Of a stretch of DNA of 64,000 nt, positions 54,143 through 62,809 are shown piece by piece. Location: positions 2,848,001 through 2,912,000 of the forward strand of contig OY764265.1 in the NCBI GenBank assembly GCA_963668355.1, given 5' to 3'. The notes under the pieces were generated by a model. The model was not told the DNA's origin and did no database searches. It saw only the letters and a program-made list of their open reading frames with translations. A program made the translations under genes and the position numbers. The DNA is from Bdellovibrionota bacterium. GTDB taxonomy: Bacteria; Bdellovibrionota_G; JALEGL01; DATDPG01. Within the stretch, counting starts at the first letter, position 1; the number at the start of each line of letters is the position of its first letter.

Positions 54143-55786
54143 CTAAAACTTTCGCCGATCCAGTCGGTATTTGACAATTTTCTTATTCAACCCTTGGCGC
54201 GTAATGCCACACAATCGAGCGACTTTGGTCTTATTCCATTTATGTTTTCGCAAATACTTGGAAAGAAGACTTTTCTCGAAATCCTCGACCATCTTTTTGA
54301 TGTAGCCTTCCTCATCCTCATCCCCGGCCTTTACGCCTTCTGGATAGGTCTCGTAGAAAAATTTCTTGGAAAGGTCTTTTCCTTTGATGAGCGAATGACT
54401 TCCTCGTAAGGCGACGACGCGTTCGATCTCGTTTCGAATCTCCCGCACATTTCCAGGCCAATAGTACTCTTGAAAGATCCCCATCACCTCACTTGAGAAT
54501 GTGATCCCCTGCTTTCCAGTTTTTTCCTGAAATTCATTCAAAAAATGATGAATGAGAATGGGAATGTCCTCCGGACGTTCTCTAAGTGGAGGAAGGGTCA
54601 ACTCCACAACTGCCAGTCGGTAATATAAGTCCTCTCTAAACTTGCCCAGCTCGATGAGATTTCGAAGATCTCGATGAGTTGCGGAGACGATGCGGACATC
54701 CACATGGCGCATTTCCGTGTCGCCCACGCGCATAAACGTACCTTCTTGAATCAAACGAAGGATTTTTACCTGCAAAGCCAAGGACATTTCACCGACTTCA
54801 TCCAAAAAAACCGTTCCCTTGTCTGCGGCTTCAAAAAGGCCTTTTTTATCGGCCGTGGCTCCTGTAAATGCGCCCTTTTTGTAACCGAACAGCTCGGCTT
54901 CCAAAATGGTTTCCGTCAATGCGGCACAGTTGATGGTAACCAGGGGCTTGTCACTCCGGTTGGAGTGATCATGAATCAACTGGGAGATTAGTTCCTTTCC
55001 CGTCCCCGATTCTCCATAAATGATGACGGAACTTTCAGAGGCACCAATCAGCTTAATCTGGCGAATGATGTCTAAAATGACGGGATTCTTGGTGATAAGC
55101 CCTTTGTAATAGTGTTTCTCAATCTCTTCAGTCGTCTGCTTATCTTTGTTGAGCTCCTCTATATAGCTCCCCAACTCGCCCGAAAGCATTTCCATCAAAT
55201 TGACAACGACCGCAATTTTTTCGGAAGAAAAGAAGACGATCTTCTTAATCTCCTCTTCCAACCCGGGCATCGGAGCCCCTTGATAGCCCACTTTTTCTTT
55301 GATTTTGGCCACACCCAGAGCATCGGGTTTCCCAGATGCGAACCCCGCACATCGGATCACTCCGAGAATCTTTCCACCCCCTCGAACCGCAACCGCAGCA
55401 TTGATCAGGCCTGAGTGGGTCTCCCTCACCACAACCTCGTGCGTATTGATGGCCTCTTCAACGATTTGAAGTTGGTCCTCTTCGCACTTAGAACGACCCG
55501 TGTTATGGCCTTTGAGAAAGTCCGAGAAAATCTTCCTTCCTTTAATCCCAAACGGCATTTCAGCTTCGGCCAGCATTTTCCGAGACCCATGCCCCAAATA
55601 CTTCTTTCGGGCATCTTTTCGTCGATTCACGGGCGTTAGGAACATCGCCGGGACATCCAGGTTCCGAAAGGCATCCAGCACCTTTTTCGTGACTCGGAGA
55701 CTGGTTAAGCGTTCCCAATCGATGACGGCATCCTGTTCCGCTTTCTTTTTAGATTCTGAGGGAGCTTGAGTTACCTGTGTGTCCAC
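54143..55786 (-). CDS. Sigma-54 enhancer-binding protein with PocR-like sensor and Fis-type HTH
   Basis: GESGTGKE, GAFTGA, FLDEVGE, FREDLYYRL, WPGNVRE, HTH; N-terminal ETHSGL..AAVAV...LGVIRCAG; start GTG 55786 after GGAG. Confidence 0.88.
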   Translation of the reverse strand: MDTQVTQAPSESKKKAEQDAVIDWERLTSLRVTKKVLDAFRNLDVPAMFLTPVNRRKDARKKYLGHGSRKMLAEAEMPFGIKGRKIFSDFLKGHNTGRSKCEEDQLQIVEEAINTHEVVVRETHSGLINAAVAVRGGGKILGVIRCAGFASGKPDALGVAKIKEKVGYQGAPMPGLEEEIKKIVFFSSEKIAVVVNLMEMLSGELGSYIEELNKDKQTTEEIEKHYYKGLITKNPVILDIIRQIKLIGASESSVIIYGESGTGKELISQLIHDHSNRSDKPLVTINCAALTETILEAELFGYKKGAFTGATADKKGLFEAADKGTVFLDEVGEMSLALQVKILRLIQEGTFMRVGDTEMRHVDVRIVSATHRDLRNLIELGKFREDLYYRLAVVELTLPPLRERPEDIPILIHHFLNEFQEKTGKQGITFSSEVMGIFQEYYWPGNVREIRNEIERVVALRGSHSLIKGKDLSKKFFYETYPEGVKAGDEDEEGYIKKMVEDFEKSLLSKYLRKHKWNKTKVARLCGITRQGLNKKIVKYRLDRRKF

Positions 55787-55940
55787 GTAAGCATCTCCAT
55801 GGGCAAGTGGGTGACATAAATATCCTAAGTTTCTTAATGAGTTGACCACATTATCCCCATGAAGGCAATAAAAGTTACGTTATTGACGAAATGGACGTGT
55901 TGGGAGTAGTTTGCCCCGCGCAACTTAAAGAAGGAGAAGC

Positions 55941-56609
55941 TTGGCCGAAACCATCATCAACTATTTGATCAATATCCCCGGAGAGTGGGCCTTTGTCTTA
56001 GTCATGGTCTTTCTCCTATTCTGTGGTGTGGGCTTCCCCATGCCGGAAGAAATTCCCATCATTGCTTCGGCTTATCTTGCTTACGAAGGCGCGGTTCCCG
56101 TCGAATGGGCCATCTTCTTCACCGTCCTGGCCGCCCTCATGGGAGACACGATCATCTTTTTGGTTGGTCGGCATTTCGGACATCGCATTTTCGAGCTTCC
56201 AATTCTCCGAAACATGGTCACCCGTAGACGTCTTCGCAGGGCCAATGTTTATTTCAAACGGTGGGGAAATGGCGTCGTATTCATGGGAAGATTTTTGGCA
56301 GGTGTCCGATCCACTGTGTTTCTTTCGGCGGCCATTCTAAAAATGCCTCTTCGGAGGTTTTTGCTCTTGGATGGTGCAGCTGCGGTGCTGAGCATCCCTT
56401 TGAACATCATCATTGTCTATAGCTTGCTGAAAATTTGGGGAGAAGATCTTCACGCCGTCATTCAAGCTTCGCGCAAATTTGGCCACGATGCCCTTTTGGT
56501 GGCCGCCATCGTCGTCTTGGGTCTAGGAGTCTTGATCTATTTTCGGCGAAAAAATAAACATCGCGCCAACGGCAAAAAAACCTCCCCAACTCCCTCAACC
56601 ACGGCATAG
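55941..56609 (+). CDS. DedA family membrane protein
   Basis: GFPMPEE, GDTIIFLVGR, GRFLAGVR; SD AAGGAG. Confidence 0.92.
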   Translation: MAETIINYLINIPGEWAFVLVMVFLLFCGVGFPMPEEIPIIASAYLAYEGAVPVEWAIFFTVLAALMGDTIIFLVGRHFGHRIFELPILRNMVTRRRLRRANVYFKRWGNGVVFMGRFLAGVRSTVFLSAAILKMPLRRFLLLDGAAAVLSIPLNIIIVYSLLKIWGEDLHAVIQASRKFGHDALLVAAIVVLGLGVLIYFRRKNKHRANGKKTSPTPSTTA

Positions 56610-56648
56610 CACAGCCATAATAGAATCGAATTTTGTTAAGAATCGGGG

Positions 56649-56847
56649 AAGCGAATCTGGAGATGATTCTCTCCGCTTCAGGTTACGTTCGCTCCAAAGA
56701 CTACGATCACTGCAGGCGGGGCCCCTCGTTGTCCGCCCAGCGTCAAGCATAGCTTGCCGCAGGTCGTCTCCATTTCCCCTACCTTCCGTTCACGATGTCT
56801 TTGGGCTCTCTTCACAGGCGCGGAGAGAATCATCTCCAGATTCGCTT
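56649..56847. repeat. 199-bp element with perfect 28-bp terminal inverted repeats and a folded interior
   Basis: AAGCGAATCTGGAGATGATTCTCTCCGC (56649-56676) and its exact reverse complement (56820-56847). Confidence 0.85.
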
Positions 56848-56953
56848 TTTGTTTCGGCTCGCTCCCCTCGCTTAAAATCATTCGTTTGAATGACCAGATA
56901 AATTTTCCATGAGAGATGTTCTAAAAATCACCTTGGAAATGTTGAAAGGGTGG

Positions 56954-57012
56954 CCGACAGGGAAAGGGGCTCCGAGCACTGTCGGGGCGCAGCGAGCCCC
57001 TTTCCCTGTCGG
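56954..57012. repeat. 19-bp perfect inverted repeat with 21-nt spacer
   Basis: CCGACAGGGAAAGGGGCTC ... GAGCCCCTTTCCCTGTCGG. Confidence 0.85.
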
Positions 57013-57138
57013 TCAGGACCCTCCCACAAAATCTCCTCGGCCCACTTTATGCCCAGAACGAAACCCTTGCGCGACGAAAGTCGCGCCATTCTTCAACTTC
57101 GCTTCTCTTAAACGTAGTTCTTTAACAACGATTACAAA

Positions 57139-58536
57139 TTACGCTGTCACTTGTTGGCTTTTTTTGAGGGCATGTTTGGTCAAACGAGTTCCGACTTCCC
57201 AAATGGGGCCTGGAAACTTCTGGCACATATTCATCACATCATCAAACGCCACCAGAAAATACCGAATATCCTGCTCAGACACACAGAGAGGAGGAGTCAA
57301 TTTCACGACATCCATGGCATGTCCACCCACCTGCGTCAAAACGCGATGTTTATCCAACATGGGCATGATGAAAGCTTGACTGAATAGCCCCGAATCCATT
57401 TTATGCAGCACTTTCCACGCGGCTTTTAAGGACAAGGAATGTGGGGTTCCAAATTCCACGGCCGTATACAAGCCTTTGCCTCGAACTTCTTTCAAAAATT
57501 GGAAGCGTTCGATCCGAGACGTGAGTTCGTCCATGAGCAAGTTTCCCATTCGATCGGCATTTTCAATGAGCTTTTCTTCCTCAAGAACATGCAGAGCCGC
57601 CAACCCCGCAGCCATGGACATGGCATTTTGACTGAACGTGCTGGAATGAACCACGCATCGGTCCAAACGATTGAATACTTTGTTAAAGATGGAGCGCCTT
57701 CCGATCACAGCCGAAACGGGAACCTGTCCCCCGGAAAGAGACTTAGACAAAATCACAAGATCGGGTTCCAAGCCCCAATGCTCCGAAGCCAAAAACCGTC
57801 CCGTTCTTCCCATCCCAGACTGAACCTCATCCACTATAAAGCAGGTACCATATTTGCGACATAGGCGCTGAGCTTCAGGAAGATATTCCGGACTGGGAAC
57901 ATGAATCCCCTTGCCCTGAATTGGCTCGACAATAAAGCCCCCGACATCCCCTTTGGAGAGTTCGTGTTCCAGGGCTTCCAAGTCATTGAAGGGAACTTTT
58001 TCACATCCCGGTAGAAGCGGACCAAATCCTTCTCGGAAATGATCATCCCCCATCACCGATAAAGCTCCGTAGGTCAGCCCATGAAAAGAGCCCTTTGTAT
58101 AAACGGTTTTGAATCTTCCGGTGGAGGCCCGAGAAAATTTCATGGCCGTCTCGACACCTTCCGCTCCGGAGTTTGCAAAAAAGACCGTATCCAACCCCGC
58201 GGGCATTTTCTTCACCAAGGCCTCGGCCAAGAGGCCAGAGAGCAAAGGAGACTCCATTTTTACAAGGTTGGGATAATCCAAATCCAGATACTCTTTCAAG
58301 GCTTGTTTAATGGTGGGGTGGTTGCGACCCAGATTGAAAACCCCATAACCACAGATGAAATCGAGATACCGATTCCCTTCCGAATCGTAGAGGTACGCTC
58401 CCTCTCCTTTCGAGTAGAATCGATCAAAACCGATGATTTTTAAAACTTTAGCAAATGCGGGGTTGATGTACTTTTCTTGCAAGGCATAGTTTTCCCCCGC
58501 TCGCTGTTGGAGAAGTTCTTTTAAGTTGAAAGACAT
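57139..58536 (-). CDS. Class III PLP aminotransferase, HpnO-like (aminohopanoid synthesis)
   Basis: N-terminus YINPAFAKVLKIIGFD...YLDFICGYGVFNLGRNHP, DEVQSGMGRTG, PLP-Lys SKSLSGG, VVHSSTF. Confidence 0.75.
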   Translation of the reverse strand: MSFNLKELLQQRAGENYALQEKYINPAFAKVLKIIGFDRFYSKGEGAYLYDSEGNRYLDFICGYGVFNLGRNHPTIKQALKEYLDLDYPNLVKMESPLLSGLLAEALVKKMPAGLDTVFFANSGAEGVETAMKFSRASTGRFKTVYTKGSFHGLTYGALSVMGDDHFREGFGPLLPGCEKVPFNDLEALEHELSKGDVGGFIVEPIQGKGIHVPSPEYLPEAQRLCRKYGTCFIVDEVQSGMGRTGRFLASEHWGLEPDLVILSKSLSGGQVPVSAVIGRRSIFNKVFNRLDRCVVHSSTFSQNAMSMAAGLAALHVLEEEKLIENADRMGNLLMDELTSRIERFQFLKEVRGKGLYTAVEFGTPHSLSLKAAWKVLHKMDSGLFSQAFIMPMLDKHRVLTQVGGHAMDVVKLTPPLCVSEQDIRYFLVAFDDVMNMCQKFPGPIWEVGTRLTKHALKKSQQVTA

Positions 58537-58588
58537 ACGGCTTTTCTCCTACCAGAATCCCAAAGGAAACAAAAGCAGGACGAATCGC

Positions 58589-59050
58589 CTAGTCCGAGAA
58601 GGCTTTCTTGACCGCATCTTGGGTTCGGTCCGAGCTTTGGGAGTAGGAGTCTTGAACCCGATCCCTCATTTCCTTCATCACGCCCCCCACTTCGGGAAGC
58701 CTCTCCCGAAAACGGAGAACAAAATCCATCGGAAATTCCATTCCCATCAAATCCAATCTTCGTTGATAAGGAGCATAGAGATCGATTTCATCTTCATTGT
58801 CAGAAACATTTACCTGAATCTTTTCTGGATCGTATTCCGCACCGATCCATCGAAGTTTTTCCTCAATTTCCCCCTGCACTCCGGCGAATCTTTGTGAGGT
58901 CAATGCGTTTTTGGCGAAGGACCTTGCTTCCTCTTCTAACGTGGAATGGTCGAAGTACAGACGCCCAACCTTGAAACCAGAGAAGATTCCCACAAATAAA
59001 ATTCCCAATAAAATCCAAATCCCCAGGCCTCCATGATCCGGTTTTCTCAT
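58589..59050 (-). CDS. Membrane-anchored protein with pilin-like N-terminus (DUF4845-like)
   Basis: MRKPDHGGLGIWILLGILFVGIFSGFKVGRLYFD; TATAAT 7 nt before ATG 59050. Confidence 0.6.
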   Translation of the reverse strand: MRKPDHGGLGIWILLGILFVGIFSGFKVGRLYFDHSTLEEEARSFAKNALTSQRFAGVQGEIEEKLRWIGAEYDPEKIQVNVSDNEDEIDLYAPYQRRLDLMGMEFPMDFVLRFRERLPEVGGVMKEMRDRVQDSYSQSSDRTQDAVKKAFSD

Positions 59051-59113
59051 GCGATTCATTATAAAGGGGTTTTCCGCATTCGGCACGCAGCTTTGGCCTT
59101 GACCTGAGAACAC

Positions 59114-60517
59114 ATGAGGAGTAAGGCGGCTTCCCAATTCGAACTCATGATTGCTCAGTTAAAAGATAACTTATCGAGACTGCCTTTTGGGGAACGTGTG
59201 GGGGAATTGCAAACCTCCATCCCAGGCCCTCAATCCAAAGAACTGGCCAAACGTCTCACTCGCGTGGAAGCCCCTGGAATCACTTCCATTGGCAGCGATT
59301 TTCCCGTGTTTTGGGAACGAGCTCTCGGCTCCAATGTCCAGGACGTGGATGGGAATGTCTTTGTGGATCTTTGCGCCTCATTTGGTGTGTGTGCTCTGGG
59401 GCACTCTCCAGCATCCATCGTTGGAGCCTTGGAGAAACAAGCCAATCAACTTCCACACGGAATGGGAGATGTTCACCCCGCATCCATCAAGGTTGAGCTG
59501 TTGGAAAGGCTTTCGAATCTTTTTCCAGGCAAAAATGGACAAAGCATCCTCTGTTCTTCTGGGGCAGAAGCCGTGGAATCGGCCTTAAAAACGGCGCGCT
59601 TGATTTCAGGAAGACCCGGAGTGATCTCCTTTCATGGATCCTACCATGGGCTCACCTACGGAACATTAGCTGTGGGAGGTCAGAGCAAATTCAAGGAACC
59701 ATTTTCAAATCAAATTGCTTCCTTCACACATTTCGCATCTTATCCAAACGCTCAATCCGACCCGTCCCCCATGGCCGTAGATGCTTCCATCTATGAATTG
59801 GAAGAAATCTTTCGAATGGCCTCCAAGGGACCCAACCCGATCGGGGCGATTATTCTAGAGCCCATTCAAGGTCGAGCCGGCGTGATTCAACCTCCCTCAG
59901 GTTGGCTCAAAGCGGTCAGAGAGTGGTGCGATCTTCGACACGTCGTCATGATTGTAGATGAGATCATGACGGGCTTTGGAAGGACCGGAACTCGCTTTGC
60001 GGTAGACCACGAAAGAGTCCGGCCAGATCTCCTCTGTGTGGGAAAAGCACTCTCCGGAGTTCTCCCTTTTTCGGCCTGCATTGGCCGTGAAGAAACCATG
60101 AAAGGATGGCCTTGGTCCAATGGGGAAGCTCTCCATACAAGCACCTTTTTGGGCAATCCTCTGGGCTGTGCGGCCGCATTAGCTTCCCTTCAAGCCATTG
60201 AGCAAAAAGAGCTCGCTCATCGCGCACGTCGTTTAGGCAACGATGTCATGTCCGAAATCGAAGTATGGAAAAAGAACACGACCCGAATCAAAAATGTTCG
60301 AGGACAGGGCCTCATGATCGGGATCGAACTCGATTCCGAAGGCCATGAAGACATCGGCTTCGAAGTCACCAAACGAGCCCTTGCACGAGGAGTAATCCTT
60401 CTTCCGTCTGGAGAGAAAGGAAAGGTCCTTTCCCTTACGCCTCCCTTGGTGATTGGGGGAAGACAACTTCAATGGTCTTTGGACCAATTGCGCGATATCC
60501 TCCTCCAGTTTTCGTGA
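59114..60517 (+). CDS. Class III PLP aminotransferase (GabT/omega-transaminase-like)
   Basis: IPGPQS, DVDGNVFVD, SGAEAVE, YHG, EPIQGRAG, DEIMTGFGRTG, GKALSG, HTSTFLGNP; start may be 59147. Confidence 0.92.
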   Translation: MRSKAASQFELMIAQLKDNLSRLPFGERVGELQTSIPGPQSKELAKRLTRVEAPGITSIGSDFPVFWERALGSNVQDVDGNVFVDLCASFGVCALGHSPASIVGALEKQANQLPHGMGDVHPASIKVELLERLSNLFPGKNGQSILCSSGAEAVESALKTARLISGRPGVISFHGSYHGLTYGTLAVGGQSKFKEPFSNQIASFTHFASYPNAQSDPSPMAVDASIYELEEIFRMASKGPNPIGAIILEPIQGRAGVIQPPSGWLKAVREWCDLRHVVMIVDEIMTGFGRTGTRFAVDHERVRPDLLCVGKALSGVLPFSACIGREETMKGWPWSNGEALHTSTFLGNPLGCAAALASLQAIEQKELAHRARRLGNDVMSEIEVWKKNTTRIKNVRGQGLMIGIELDSEGHEDIGFEVTKRALARGVILLPSGEKGKVLSLTPPLVIGGRQLQWSLDQLRDILLQFS

Positions 60518-62787
60518 TTCAACACCTTGAACAGAACGTTTCAGATCTTCTTTTGAACTTCTCTTTCGAGAACTTTCAGCGCCACGCACTCTCCTTGTTT
60601 ACCCATCAATATGAAACCATTGGGCTGTATCGCACCTTATGTCTTCGACAAGGTCGGACTCCCAAAAATGTGCAAAGATTCCAAGATGTCCCCCTCCTCT
60701 CCACTCACGCACATAAAAAACATCGGATTGCCTCTTTTCCAAAAGATCCACATGAAGTCGTTTTCTTGACGAGCGGAACGACTCGTACACATGCGGGAAA
60801 CCATTTCATGGGTTCCACGCGAACGTATGACCTTTCCTGCATTCAGTCTTTTGAACGTCTGACAGCGGGCTTTCCCAAAAATGGGAGATGCTTATCTTTG
60901 ATTCCATCCTCCTTCGATCTTCCCCATTCCTCCTTGGCTCATATGACCCATGTGTTGGCCAAGCACCTCTCCACACATCCACTGATCCAAGGATTTCGAA
61001 ACGGATCCATTCAGCATGAAGAGGTCCTGGCAGAACTTCGCACATCAGAAGAAACTTCGACACCTCTCTTTTTGATGAGCACTACATCGGCTTTATGTGA
61101 TTTTTTTGAGGAGCTTGAGCACAAACAGATTTCTTTTCATCTCCCAAAGGGAAGTTGTCTCTTCGAAACGGGAGGAAAGAAAGGCCGTCGAGGGTTACGA
61201 CCTCCGAGTGAACGTGTGACTTGTTCCCAAACATTTTTGGGAATCCCACAGGAATTTCACTGGGCGGAATATGGAATGACTGAAATGAGTTCACCTTCGT
61301 GGGGAACTTTCAAGAACGGTACATTCGTATATGCCTCTCCTCCTTGGGCACCTTGGCGCATCCTTCATCCAGAAACGCTACAGGAAGTAAGCGTGGGGGA
61401 GGAAGGCCTTCTTTCTTTTTTTGATTCGGCAAATATTTACTCGGTAGCAGCTTTGTGCGTAGGAGACTGGGCTCGCCACCACGGCGATCACTTCGAAGTC
61501 ATCGACCGTGCCGTCGAATCTGAATTTCGAGGATGTTCTCAACTCACCCCACCCCCTCAAAATCTTTCTAGGCCATCCTCCTCCCTCCTCGAAAAAATAA
61601 ACCAAGCGAAGAAAGAGTTACGAAGCTCCCACGATGTGAGTTTTAAGCAAGCTTGTGATGCCCTCGGGTCTCTGGCCAAACAATGGGCAAATCCGGAATT
61701 TCCGTCTCGAATAAAATTCGAAAGCGAATTGAACGCTTCCAATTTTTTCTCCCCTGCCTCTGTCACAGCCGGATTGAATCGAACTTTCCGGGCACTTTTA
61801 CCCGATCGGCTGTGGGATGCCGGAAAGAGGGCATGGCATTTTGGTCGTCCCGAAAAGGCGCCGGGACTTACCCTTCACATTCCTGCCGGGAATCTTCCCG
61901 TTACGGGGGTTTTTTCGTTTTTTGCGACCGCACTGGCCAGTGCGCCAACCATCCACCGCCCCTCCCAAAGAGGCGGAAGACTCTTGCATTTCTTGCATGA
62001 AGATCTCCAAAAACTGGACCCCCTCGTCGCAGAGCGAATGAAGATTTTGGACACGCCCTCCACCCATCACAACCTGACACAGGAGTTACTCAAAGACGTT
62101 TCCATTTTGATGGTTCAAGGAGATCGCACAACCCTCGAAGGTTTCGAACAACTCGGACCCCATTCCATGAAATTTCTTCCCTATCGGCCCGCATTCAGCT
62201 TGGGGATGATTCCTGAAACCCATGAAACGTCTGCTCCAGAAATGGATTCTTTTCTGCAAGACTTATTCATTTGGGAACAACAAGGATGCCTTTCGCCTCA
62301 GATCCTTTTTCTCATCGGTTTCTCGGAAACGCGGGCCCGTGATTTCATCCAACAGCTTCATCTAGTAGCCGAAGAGCGTGCCAGAGTTTGGAAACGCGTT
62401 CCACAAAATCGAAACTTGGCCACACTTCGTTGGCATTTGTTTGAGCGCGACTTAGATCCAGAGCAAAATGGAATCGTATCTACCACTGAAAACTTAACCA
62501 CCATCTACGGTGAAACCTGGAACAAAGACTGGTTCTCCACTCCCGGCCTTCTACAGGTGGTTCAAGCCAAATCCCTTGAAACGTTTCTGGAAAGTCTTTT
62601 GCCTTTCTCCGGAGAAATCAGTTCCATCGCTTTGCCCAAAGAATTCTTGGAGCAATCCCTCGTTGGAAAAATTCTTTCGACTTTGTCGCTTCAACGAATT
62701 ACGGAAATGGGCACGTTGCAGGCTCCAGAATTTCGTTGGCCACAGGATTTCCATGACCGATTGCGTTCTCTTAGGCCCTCAGACTAA
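60514..62787 (+). CDS. LuxE-like acyl-protein synthetase fused to LuxC-like acyl-CoA reductase
   Basis: LuxE half FLTSGTT, ETGGKKGR, EYGMTE, FRGCS; LuxC half HIPAGNLP, EQQGCLSPQ, RITEMGTLQAP...WPQD; GTG 60514 overlaps the upstream TGA. Confidence 0.85.
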   Translation: MIQHLEQNVSDLLLNFSFENFQRHALSLFTHQYETIGLYRTLCLRQGRTPKNVQRFQDVPLLSTHAHKKHRIASFPKDPHEVVFLTSGTTRTHAGNHFMGSTRTYDLSCIQSFERLTAGFPKNGRCLSLIPSSFDLPHSSLAHMTHVLAKHLSTHPLIQGFRNGSIQHEEVLAELRTSEETSTPLFLMSTTSALCDFFEELEHKQISFHLPKGSCLFETGGKKGRRGLRPPSERVTCSQTFLGIPQEFHWAEYGMTEMSSPSWGTFKNGTFVYASPPWAPWRILHPETLQEVSVGEEGLLSFFDSANIYSVAALCVGDWARHHGDHFEVIDRAVESEFRGCSQLTPPPQNLSRPSSSLLEKINQAKKELRSSHDVSFKQACDALGSLAKQWANPEFPSRIKFESELNASNFFSPASVTAGLNRTFRALLPDRLWDAGKRAWHFGRPEKAPGLTLHIPAGNLPVTGVFSFFATALASAPTIHRPSQRGGRLLHFLHEDLQKLDPLVAERMKILDTPSTHHNLTQELLKDVSILMVQGDRTTLEGFEQLGPHSMKFLPYRPAFSLGMIPETHETSAPEMDSFLQDLFIWEQQGCLSPQILFLIGFSETRARDFIQQLHLVAEERARVWKRVPQNRNLATLRWHLFERDLDPEQNGIVSTTENLTTIYGETWNKDWFSTPGLLQVVQAKSLETFLESLLPFSGEISSIALPKEFLEQSLVGKILSTLSLQRITEMGTLQAPEFRWPQDFHDRLRSLRPSD

Positions 62788-62809
62788 AAAAAAACAGTCG
62801 AGGCCATTT

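Noticed and set aside
56649..56847. Retron msr-msd or autonomous IS
   Set aside because: No reverse transcriptase or transposase gene in the window, and no credible ORF inside the element
56678..57379. ORFs 56678..56881 and 56909..57379 (likewise 39172..39376)
   Set aside because: They run through palindromic DNA or antisense to real genes and show no protein-like features
60514..62787. Bioluminescence (lux) operon
   Set aside because: No luxA, luxB, luxD or luxG in the window; only the reductase functions are present
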